NCBI GenBank assembly: GCA_017625815.1
Contig: JAGAKD010000090.1
Location: 1,693 to 65,692 of the forward strand
DNA from: Lachnospiraceae bacterium
Lineage (GTDB): Bacteria; Bacillota; Clostridia; Lachnospirales; Lachnospiraceae
DNA: 64,000 nucleotides
Direction: 5' to 3'
Shown here: positions 1 to 7,848 of the stretch, piece after piece
Layout: every line of letters starts with the position of its first letter
How positions within the stretch are numbered: position 1 is the first letter of the stretch
Program-made: the position numbers and the translations under genes
Notes under the pieces: model-generated
Database searches by the model: none
What the model saw: the letters and a program-made list of their open reading frames with translations, nothing else
What the model was told of the DNA's origin: nothing

Positions 1-183
1 CAAAATAGATGGTTAAACTGGTATTACACATATAAAGAAAAAGGTCAATGGAAAACTTGTACTAAATGCGGCAAGACCAAATTAGCACATAACAGATATT
101 TCAGTAAAAACAAGACTGCGAAATCTGGATTCTATAGCATCTGTAAATGCTGTAGAAATGGCAAGTCTGAAATTGAAGAATAA
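1..183 (+). CDS. 3' end of a CxxC...CxxC zinc-finger protein (partial, runs off the left edge)
   Basis: Frame 1 reads ...WKTCTKCGKTKLAHNRYFSKNKTAKSGFYSICKCCRNGKSEIEE* with TAA at 181-183; not in the ORF track. Confidence 0.75.
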   Translation, partial: QNRWLNWYYTYKEKGQWKTCTKCGKTKLAHNRYFSKNKTAKSGFYSICKCCRNGKSEIEE

Positions 184-206
184 AGAGAATTTGCGGGAGG
201 CTATAT

Positions 207-1388
207 ATGAGATACGTATTAGACACAAATATACTAATGAGTACAGAGAACTATGAGAAATTATTCAAAGATTATGAGGGACATGAATTAGTAATTGGAG
301 CTAATGTCATAGAAGAGTTAGATAATATAAAAACTAGAGAAGGTGCTTCTGGCTACCAAGCCAGAAGAGCCATCAAAGCAATAAGAAAACACTATGACAA
401 GTTTACTTATGTAAATAATGGTCTTAAAGCTGAAAAGGTAGACAACCAAATCTTAGAACAAGCTGCGGCAAATGATGCTATAGTTCTAACAAATGACGTT
501 AATGTTCAATTAAAAGGAAAGGCGTTCTATGGTTTAGACGTAGATTTCTACAATCAACAAAAGAAAACAATTAAGTTTGGTTATACTAACTTAGAAGTTT
601 CTGCTGACTTATATGAGCAAGAAACTTATATGAAACCAATACTTCCTTATGGAATGTATCTAATCGTACACTGTAAAGAGTTAAATGCGTCTAGAGTATT
701 TAAAAGTTATGGAGATGGAGAATACGTTGAAGTATTACCGCAAAACATAGGAAACTATATCTTAGGAACATTTTCTCCAAGAGACGTGTATCAAATATGC
801 GCGATTGATTCTCTAGTAGATGATGACTTTACAATAATAACAGGTAAAGCAGGTACAGGTAAGACGCTATTGTCTTTAACTTACGCTCTTAGAGAAATAA
901 TAAGTGAAAAGAGAAGAAAGTTAATTATCTTTGTAAATCCAGTTAAAACAAGAGGAGCAGAAGTTCTTGGGTTTTATACTGGTAGTAGAACAGAGAAATT
1001 AATACAAAACTCTATTGGGGCGATTCTTTCTTCTAAGCTTGGTGGCTTGGAGGTTGTAGAAGACCTAATGGAAAAAGATAGGCTTGAAATCTTACCTATA
1101 TCAGATATTAGAGGTTTTGAAGTAGGTCAAGATGATATAATGTATATAACCGAAGCACAAAATCTTAATATAGAACTAATTAAATTAGCAATACAAAGAT
1201 GTGCGGAGGGTGCTAAGATTATCTTAGAAGGAGACCCTACAACTCAAGTTGACCATTTTTCTTTTGAAGGAGAAGGAAATGGATTAGTAAGAGCAATAGA
1301 AGTTTTTGAGGGCTATGAAGGATTTAGTCATGTAAACTTACCAAATATTTACAGGTCTGCGATGGCTGATAGAGCAGAGCTAATGTAG
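207..1388 (+). CDS. phoH: PIN domain + PhoH-family ATPase (PhoH2-like)
   Basis: N-terminal PIN motifs (VLDTNIL, EELD, TND); Walker A GKAGTGKT; IRG and EAQN...GDPTTQVD PhoH motifs; RBS GGGAGG. Confidence 0.9.
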   Translation: MRYVLDTNILMSTENYEKLFKDYEGHELVIGANVIEELDNIKTREGASGYQARRAIKAIRKHYDKFTYVNNGLKAEKVDNQILEQAAANDAIVLTNDVNVQLKGKAFYGLDVDFYNQQKKTIKFGYTNLEVSADLYEQETYMKPILPYGMYLIVHCKELNASRVFKSYGDGEYVEVLPQNIGNYILGTFSPRDVYQICAIDSLVDDDFTIITGKAGTGKTLLSLTYALREIISEKRRKLIIFVNPVKTRGAEVLGFYTGSRTEKLIQNSIGAILSSKLGGLEVVEDLMEKDRLEILPISDIRGFEVGQDDIMYITEAQNLNIELIKLAIQRCAEGAKIILEGDPTTQVDHFSFEGEGNGLVRAIEVFEGYEGFSHVNLPNIYRSAMADRAELM

Positions 1389-1394
1389 ATTCAC

Positions 1395-1424
1395 TGGCCT
1401 ACTCAATCGAGTAGGCTAATTTTA
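1395..1424 (+). terminator. Rho-independent terminator
   Basis: TGGCCTACTC-AATC-GAGTAGGCTA stem followed by a T-run. Confidence 0.7.
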
Positions 1425-1444
1425 TTATAGAAGGAGTTTTTATT

Positions 1445-1684
1445 ATGAAAGATTTTGAGAAATTATTTCCCTTATGTAAGGAACACAATAGAAAGCTATA
1501 TGATGAAACACTACATCACTACTTAGTTATACAAGGGGTAAGTGATAGGATAGGAGTTCCTATTGAAGAATTAATAGAATTTTGTTATAAGTGTAAGTTA
1601 AGATTAGAACTTATACAAGACCAAGAGGAGGTACTAAAAGAATATGGCGATAGCGAGCACAACACACTTCTGCGAGAAGTGTAG
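1445..1684 (+). CDS. hypothetical protein
   Basis: RBS AAGGAG; 79 aa; overlaps the next gene. Confidence 0.6.
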   Translation: MKDFEKLFPLCKEHNRKLYDETLHHYLVIQGVSDRIGVPIEELIEFCYKCKLRLELIQDQEEVLKEYGDSEHNTLLREV

Positions 1685-2885
1685 AAAGACAATGGACGCA
1701 AGTAACTTTTATATATCGAAGAATACAGAAAAATATGCCCCAGATGGTAGAATGAATATATGTAAGAAATGTTTAACAATGCACGTTAACTCGTGGGAGC
1801 CAACTACGTTCATTGGAATACTTAAGGAAATAGACGTTCCATATATAGACACAGAATGGAATGGATTGTTAGATAAATATGGAAAGGACCCAAAAAAGGT
1901 AACTGGGGTCACAATTCTTGGTAGATATTTGTCTAAAATGAAATTAAAACAATTTGCTCATTTAAGTTGGGCAGATACAGAAGAAATAATGGCAGAAGGA
2001 GCTAAGAAAAAGAAAATACAAGAGGCTCAAATATTAGCACAAAAAAATAGATATGCGGCTGCTCTGACTTCTGTAGACATTAGTAGATTTGAAGGTAAAA
2101 CCCCAGAGGACTTAACAGATGAAGATTATGAAAATATGACAGATGAAGAACTTGGACTAATCTTTGCTCAACCAAATCAAAAACCGGTAGAACAAGATGA
2201 CTGGGCTCCATATGTTGACGATACCCCAAAAATAGAGAGACCAGAAGACACTCTTACTCCAGAAGACAAGATGTATTTAACTCTTAAATGGGGTAAATTA
2301 TATAGACCGGAAGAGTGGATAGCTCTAGAACAATTCTGGTATAAGATGGATAAGTCATTTGATATTCAAGGAGCAGCTCATGAAGATTATCTTAAAATGA
2401 TATGTAAAACTTCATTAAAAATGAACCAAGCAATAGATTGCGGAGATATAGAAGGATTTGCCAAGCTACAAAAGGCATATGACTCTCTAATGAAATCGGC
2501 GAAGTTTACTGCGGCTCAGAATAAGGCTGATGCTGGTGAGTTTGTTGACTCTGTTGGTGAATTAGTTTATCTAGCAGAAGAGCAAGGATTTATTCCAAGA
2601 TTCCACAATGATGAGCCAAAAGATATAGTTGATGTAACTTTAAACGACATGAAAGGCTATACTTATAAACTGGTTACTGAAGAAATGGGACTTGGAAACA
2701 TGATAGAAGCTGCGCTACAACAAATGCAAAGAGAACAAGAACAAGAAGAAGGAGAGCTTGATGAAAATGATGACTTCTTAAATCCAGAGTCTACAGAAGT
2801 TCTAGAGGACGCAGACTATCAAGAGTATTATGACGAGTTAGAGGCTCAGGTAGAACAAGATGGTAAGCTAATGGAGGGAGTTTAA
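1644..2885 (+). CDS. Zn-finger protein with acidic C-terminus; candidate terminase small subunit or packaging factor
   Basis: CEKC...CKKC at the N-terminus; RBS GAGGAGG; lies directly upstream of the large terminase. Function inferred from position only. Confidence 0.5.
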   Translation: MAIASTTHFCEKCRKTMDASNFYISKNTEKYAPDGRMNICKKCLTMHVNSWEPTTFIGILKEIDVPYIDTEWNGLLDKYGKDPKKVTGVTILGRYLSKMKLKQFAHLSWADTEEIMAEGAKKKKIQEAQILAQKNRYAAALTSVDISRFEGKTPEDLTDEDYENMTDEELGLIFAQPNQKPVEQDDWAPYVDDTPKIERPEDTLTPEDKMYLTLKWGKLYRPEEWIALEQFWYKMDKSFDIQGAAHEDYLKMICKTSLKMNQAIDCGDIEGFAKLQKAYDSLMKSAKFTAAQNKADAGEFVDSVGELVYLAEEQGFIPRFHNDEPKDIVDVTLNDMKGYTYKLVTEEMGLGNMIEAALQQMQREQEQEEGELDENDDFLNPESTEVLEDADYQEYYDELEAQVEQDGKLMEGV

Positions 2886-2886
2886 T

Positions 2887-3480
2887 ATGGAGTATAAATT
2901 AAGCGACCAAGCAAAAAAGCTAATTGAAGGTGGGGAAAAATATTACAGCCCCACTCTAAATAGTATACTTGGATTAAGTAGTGTAGATGCTAGAAAACAA
3001 GGTTTATCAGAAGAGAGAGTTCGGGCAATCTTGCCGGTCGTAAGAGATTATGTTGGTTATTGGAGAGAATATCCAGACAAGTTTATAGACTTTCTATGCG
3101 GACCAAACTCAAAGTTTAAGCTGTTCTTTTATCAAAGAATTTTTCTAAGGGCGGTAATACGTCATAAGTACGCATACGCCACTTTCCCTAGAGCCTACTC
3201 CAAATCTTTCCTTTCTGTGCTTACTTTAATTGTTAGATGTATTCTTTACCCAGGAGCAAAGCTTTTCGTTTGTTCTGGAGGAAAAGAGCAAGCAGCATCT
3301 ATAGCAAAAGAAAAAGTAGAGGAGTTATGTGAATTAATTCCTGCGTTAAAAAGAGAAATAGATTGGAGACCTGGAAAGACCCTAATGGGTAAAGACTATG
3401 TTAAAGTTGAATTCAAGAATGGTTCAAGGCTAGACGTTGTTGCGGCTAGAAATAGTGCCAGAGGAGGAAGAAGACACGGT
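2887..3480 (+). CDS. terL: terminase large subunit, exon 1 (ATPase N-terminal part)
   Basis: LFFYQ adenine-binding motif and Walker A-like FPRAYSKS; ends ARGGRRHG (GGT 3478-3480). The ORF-track extension to 3618 is intron sequence. Confidence 0.88.
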
Positions 3481-3508
3481 AAAGAAGAAAGACGTCTTCC
3501 TCCAATGC

Positions 3509-3537
3509 TTGACAGGTGCCGTCAAATATGGTATAAT
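3509..3537 (+). promoter_or_regulatory. sigmaA-type promoter inside the intron, driving the endonuclease
   Basis: TTGACA-17 nt-TATAAT with extended TG. Confidence 0.85.
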
Positions 3538-3571
3538 AGTAGTATAAGAAAAATGTTTTGGAGGTTCTATC

Positions 3572-4366
3572 ATGAATTTTTATTTTCTATACTATTTATT
3601 AAACACAAAGACAAATAAGGGATATATTGGATATACAAATGATTTAAACAGAAGATTATATGACCACGTAAAAGCCTTAAACGAAGGAGTTCATCCGAAT
3701 GAGAAACTTCAAGAGGATTATGACAAAGACTTCTTTGAAGTAATAATACTTGAAACCCATCTAAATAAAGATAACTCTTTTATAGCAAATAGAGAAAAGG
3801 AATTAATTGCTAAATATAACACTTTCAATAATGGCTACAATAAAACTGAAGGTGGAGAAAGGCAGGGAGACGAAAGGGTATTCAGTCAGGATAATATTTT
3901 TAAAGCCTATGCTCTATTAAGCTTTTACCCAAATATTAGCACTGCCATAATACAAAAAATATTTCAAATGAGTGAAAGTAGCGTTTTAAGGCTAAAATCA
4001 AAGCAGACTCACATATCAACTATAAAAATTTTTGATTCTATGACACCAGAGAAAAAAAGTCTTTTAAAACAGACTTTGGATACAGAGTATGATATGGAAG
4101 AAAGAATAAAAAAGCACAATGAAACAGTGACTTTCAAAGCAAGGAGTCTTGACAGAGAAACAGTGCTAATGATTATCGCAGTTGGTAAAAACAGAGCTAA
4201 AAAAGGTGCTCATATGGAGAGGCAGTTAGGCTTGGCTGGCTCGCATGCTTCAAGAATAATACGTGGCATTAGATATAAAGAATTTTATGATGAATATATG
4301 AATATGAGTTCAGAAGATAAGAATTTTTGGCTACAAAAAGGATTAAACTTCTTTCAATTAGATTAG
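3572..4366 (+). CDS. GIY-YIG homing endonuclease (intron-encoded)
   Basis: LYY-x9-GYIGYT, RR..H, E..LI and GYN motifs; two C-terminal HTH-like repeats; RBS GGAGG at 3560-3564. Confidence 0.88.
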   Translation: MNFYFLYYLLNTKTNKGYIGYTNDLNRRLYDHVKALNEGVHPNEKLQEDYDKDFFEVIILETHLNKDNSFIANREKELIAKYNTFNNGYNKTEGGERQGDERVFSQDNIFKAYALLSFYPNISTAIIQKIFQMSESSVLRLKSKQTHISTIKIFDSMTPEKKSLLKQTLDTEYDMEERIKKHNETVTFKARSLDRETVLMIIAVGKNRAKKGAHMERQLGLAGSHASRIIRGIRYKEFYDEYMNMSSEDKNFWLQKGLNFFQLD

Positions 4367-4592
4367 ACTGCCGTGTCTATAATAAAGTGCGGAATTAAGC
4401 AAGAAACTCCCACTGGGACAACTTGAACCGAAGGCTAGGATTTAAAGGTCTAGTCAGGGGCAACGCATAGGAGCTGAGGAAACAATAATGCTCCCACGAG
4501 GCCGCGCTACTCTATTTATAGGGTAAAAACATATGCTGAACTATGTGGTAACACATAGAAGTCAAGATAAAAAGCTTGACGATAACAAATTG

Positions 4593-5789
4593 GGTCTATT
4601 GGAAGAAGTTATCCTTATAGATGGGACAGCTTTAAACGAAGTAATCATCCCTCTAATGAACGTTTCTAGAAGAACAGCAACAGGAGAAGTTGACCCAGAT
4701 GAAACTTTAAATAAATCACAAATTTATGTAACAACAGCAGGTTGGAAAGGTACATTCCCTTATGATAAATTAATCCAACTGCTAATTTGGCAAATAGTTA
4801 AGCCAGGACAATCTATTGTTTTAGGAGGAACTTGGAGAGTTCCAGTTTTAATGAAACTATTAGATAGAAACTTCGTAAAAGACCTAAAAGCCGATGGTAC
4901 ATTCAATGAAGCTTCTTTTGCTCGTGAATATGAGTCTGTGTGGTCTGGTACAGTAGAGGACGCATTCTTTAATGCGGAAGTGTTTGATAAACACAGAGTA
5001 TTAAATCAACCAGAGTATGAGTATAGTGGAAGAAGTTCGAAAGATGCGTACTATGTTATTTCTGTCGATGTTGGTAGAAAAGGGTGTGCGTCTGTTGCTT
5101 GTGTGTTTAAGGTGACTCCTCAACCACAAGGAAATGCTCTAAAAACTTTAGTAAATATCTACACATACGATGAAGAGCACTTCGAAGACCAAGCTATTAA
5201 TCTAAAGAAGTTATATCACAAATACAATGCTCGCTCTATTGTAATTGATGGTAATGGTTTAGGTATAGGATTAGTTGATTATATGGTTAAGAATCAGATA
5301 GACCCAATAACAAATGAAACTTGGTTCAATTTTGGTGTTGAAAATGATGACGAAGGTTTCTATAAGAAATATAAGACTGAAGACACAGTACAGGATGCTA
5401 TGTATATAATTAAAGCAAATGCCCCAATAAATACTGAAGCACATGCTAATGCTCAATCACAGTTAAGTTCTGGTAAAGTTAAATTCTTATTAGATGAAAG
5501 AACTGCTAAGGCTAAATTGTTAAATACTAAGTTAGGTCAGAATATGACACCTGAAGAGAGGGCAGAATACTTGAAACCTTTCACTCTTACTTCAATATTA
5601 AAAGAGGAAATGATGAATCTTCGTGAAGAACATGATGGAGTTAATATCATATTAAAACCAGCAAACAGAAGTATCAAGAAAGATAAATTTTCTGCTTTTG
5701 AATATGGTTTATACTACATTAAACAACAAGAAGACAGCAAAAAAAAGAAGAAGAAATTCAATGTTAAAGATATGCTATTTATGAATTAG
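4593..5789 (+). CDS. terL: terminase large subunit, exon 2 (Walker B to RNase H-like nuclease domain)
   Basis: Begins GLLEE; YVTTAG coupling motif; FAREY; ISVDVGR, IDGNGLG and KDKFSA nuclease motifs. Spliced product is 596 aa. Confidence 0.9.
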   Translation, partial: GLLEEVILIDGTALNEVIIPLMNVSRRTATGEVDPDETLNKSQIYVTTAGWKGTFPYDKLIQLLIWQIVKPGQSIVLGGTWRVPVLMKLLDRNFVKDLKADGTFNEASFAREYESVWSGTVEDAFFNAEVFDKHRVLNQPEYEYSGRSSKDAYYVISVDVGRKGCASVACVFKVTPQPQGNALKTLVNIYTYDEEHFEDQAINLKKLYHKYNARSIVIDGNGLGIGLVDYMVKNQIDPITNETWFNFGVENDDEGFYKKYKTEDTVQDAMYIIKANAPINTEAHANAQSQLSSGKVKFLLDERTAKAKLLNTKLGQNMTPEERAEYLKPFTLTSILKEEMMNLREEHDGVNIILKPANRSIKKDKFSAFEYGLYYIKQQEDSKKKKKKFNVKDMLFMN

Positions 5790-5800
5790 GAGGTAGAATA

Positions 5801-6160
5801 ATGGCTAGAGCTTCAAGAGGAGAAATAAAGATAGAAGAAATATTAACTAAAGCTGGTTTACCATTTAAAATGGAATATGAGTTTCCAGACTTGATTAGTT
5901 CAAGTGGAAGACCATTAAGATTTGACTTTGCGGTTTTCGATGATGATGGAAACATTGACTTTTTAATTGAGTTTCAAGGAGTTCAACATTATGAAGCTGT
6001 TAAACAGTTCGGCGGTAAAAAAGGGCTGTTTAGACAAAAGTACAATGACAACCAAAAGAGAATATACTGTGGAAGAAATGATATTCCGCTAGTAGCAATT
6101 CCTTATTGGGATGAAAATATTTTAGACTTGGACTATATTTTAGAAAGAGCAGGATATTAA
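5801..6160 (+). CDS. small PD-(D/E)xK / Vsr-like (DUF559-type) endonuclease
   Basis: SRGE..IE, LRFDF, LIEFQGVQHY, D..K..YC and IPYW motifs. Confidence 0.75.
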   Translation: MARASRGEIKIEEILTKAGLPFKMEYEFPDLISSSGRPLRFDFAVFDDDGNIDFLIEFQGVQHYEAVKQFGGKKGLFRQKYNDNQKRIYCGRNDIPLVAIPYWDENILDLDYILERAGY

Positions 6161-6193
6161 AAAATTTATCAATATTTTTACACTTAAAGAGTC

Positions 6194-6222
6194 TTGACAA
6201 AAGGCTCTTTTTGTGGTATAAT
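6194..6222 (+). promoter_or_regulatory. sigmaA-type promoter upstream of portal, overlapping an inverted repeat (6186-6210)
   Basis: TTGACA-17-TATAAT with TG extension; AAAGAGTCTT/AAGGCTCTTT dyad followed by Ts. Confidence 0.8.
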
Positions 6223-6246
6223 AATATTGAAGAGGAGGTGTCTAAA

Positions 6247-7839
6247 ATAAGACAAAGGACGACAAGAAGAATGGTAATTGAACAACCTCAATCTTCTAAC
6301 TCAGACTTAACTCATATGAACTATCAAGAGTTTGCTAAATTAAGAGTTGGTAGTAAAACACTTGATGATGCGACTTTAGACTTGGGTTCATTAAAGAAAG
6401 TCGACAGAGCTTTAACAGACAAAAACCAGATTATAACTGCTATTAATAACAGAGACTATGCTTTCATGAAGAATGTTTCTAATTTCTTCTATGAAACAAG
6501 TGGTATCTATGGCAGACTTGTCAGATACCTAGCTTATTTATACAGATATGATTGGGTATTAACACCCTACGTAAACAGCGACACAATGAAATCAGATAAG
6601 GTTTTAAATGAGTTCTCTAAGGGGCTTACATACTTAGATAATTTTAATGCCAAGTTAGTATTCGGAGACGTTGCTTTAAAAGTGGTTAAAAATGGTTGCT
6701 ACTACGGATATATAGTTGATAATGGTACTAGACCAGTATTACAAGAACTACCAACAGAATACTGTAGAGCAAGATATTTTGTAAATGGGAAACCCTTAGT
6801 AGAGTTTGATATTAAATTCTTTGATGATAACTTTAGAGATATAACTCAAAGAATGAACGTAATTAAATCTTTTCCTAAAGAATTTGCTCAAGGATATGTT
6901 GCTTATAAAAACGGAAGATTAAAAACTGACTCAGACGATACTAGACCATGGATAACCCTAGACCCACAATACGCTTGTAAATTTTCTTTAAATGGCTCAG
7001 ATATGCCGATTTTAGCTGCGGTAATTCCAGCAATAATTGACTTAGATGAAGCTCAAGAATTAGATAAGAAGAAAATGCTACAAGAACTATTAAAGATAAT
7101 CATTCAAAAAATGCCAATAGATAAAAATGGTGAATTAATATTTGATATAGACGAAGCTAGAGACCTTCATAACAATGCGGTAGCTATGTTATCTAAGGCA
7201 ATAGGTGTAGACATACTTACTACTTTTGCTGATATTGAAGTGGCTAACTTATCAGATAAAAATTCAACAGCTTCCAAAGACGATTTACAAAAAGTTGAGA
7301 GAGCTGTTTATAATGAAGCTGGTATATCTCAAATGCTTTTCGCAACAGATGGTAATTTAGCTCTTGAGAAATCAGTTGCCAATGACGAAGCTTCAATGTA
7401 TAACTTGCTATTACAATTTGAGAGATTTATGAATGACTTATTAGATATTAATCTTAATAAAAATCCTAAAAAGCTACAATTAAAAGCTACAATGTTAACT
7501 ACAACAATATATAACTACAAAGAAATTGCTAAGTTATATAAAGAACAGGCAACTTTAGGATATTCAAAAATGCTACCTCAAATTGCCCTAGGACAATCTC
7601 AAAGTTCAATTCTGGCTACAGCTTACTTTGAAAATGAAGTCTTAAAACTTGCGGAGTTAATGGTGCCTCTACAAAGTTCTAATACCATGAGTGGAGAAAC
7701 TCCAAAAGCACAAACTAAAGGCAAAGAAACTGAAAAGGCTGCGGCGACTACAGGACAAGAAAAGAAAGTCGGAAGAGCTGAAAAGCCTGATGACCAAAAA
7801 TCTGAAAAAACAATACAAAATAAAGAGAGTATGAGTTAG
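6247..7839 (+). CDS. portal protein (start uncertain: ATA 6247 or ATG 6271)
   Basis: Position after terminase; about 530 aa, helical, with a charged flexible C-terminus. The ORF-track TTG start at 6211 lies inside the promoter. Confidence 0.75.
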   Translation: MRQRTTRRMVIEQPQSSNSDLTHMNYQEFAKLRVGSKTLDDATLDLGSLKKVDRALTDKNQIITAINNRDYAFMKNVSNFFYETSGIYGRLVRYLAYLYRYDWVLTPYVNSDTMKSDKVLNEFSKGLTYLDNFNAKLVFGDVALKVVKNGCYYGYIVDNGTRPVLQELPTEYCRARYFVNGKPLVEFDIKFFDDNFRDITQRMNVIKSFPKEFAQGYVAYKNGRLKTDSDDTRPWITLDPQYACKFSLNGSDMPILAAVIPAIIDLDEAQELDKKKMLQELLKIIIQKMPIDKNGELIFDIDEARDLHNNAVAMLSKAIGVDILTTFADIEVANLSDKNSTASKDDLQKVERAVYNEAGISQMLFATDGNLALEKSVANDEASMYNLLLQFERFMNDLLDINLNKNPKKLQLKATMLTTTIYNYKEIAKLYKEQATLGYSKMLPQIALGQSQSSILATAYFENEVLKLAELMVPLQSSNTMSGETPKAQTKGKETEKAAATTGQEKKVGRAEKPDDQKSEKTIQNKESMS

Positions 7840-7848
7840 GAGGATAAC

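Larger units (their letters stand above)
3481..4592 (+). mobile_element. group I self-splicing intron carrying a homing endonuclease gene
   Basis: The exon ends in U and the intron ends in G (4592). IGS 4364-4378 pairs with both exons. Core: P3 GTGCGG(4387-4392)/CCGCGC(4502-4507), P7 GCATA(4465-4469)/TATGC(4532-4536), P9 hairpins 4541-4558 and 4561-4580. Splicing restores RGGRRHG|GLLEE in frame. Confidence 0.9.

Noticed and set aside
3481-3618. C-terminal extension of ORF 2887..3618
   Set aside because: Read-through into the intron and its promoter; no terminase-like sequence after RRHG.
4533-4592. ORF-track start (ATG 4533) for a separate terminase C-terminal gene
   Set aside because: It lies in the intron P7/P9 region and has no good RBS; splicing gives a continuous terminase.
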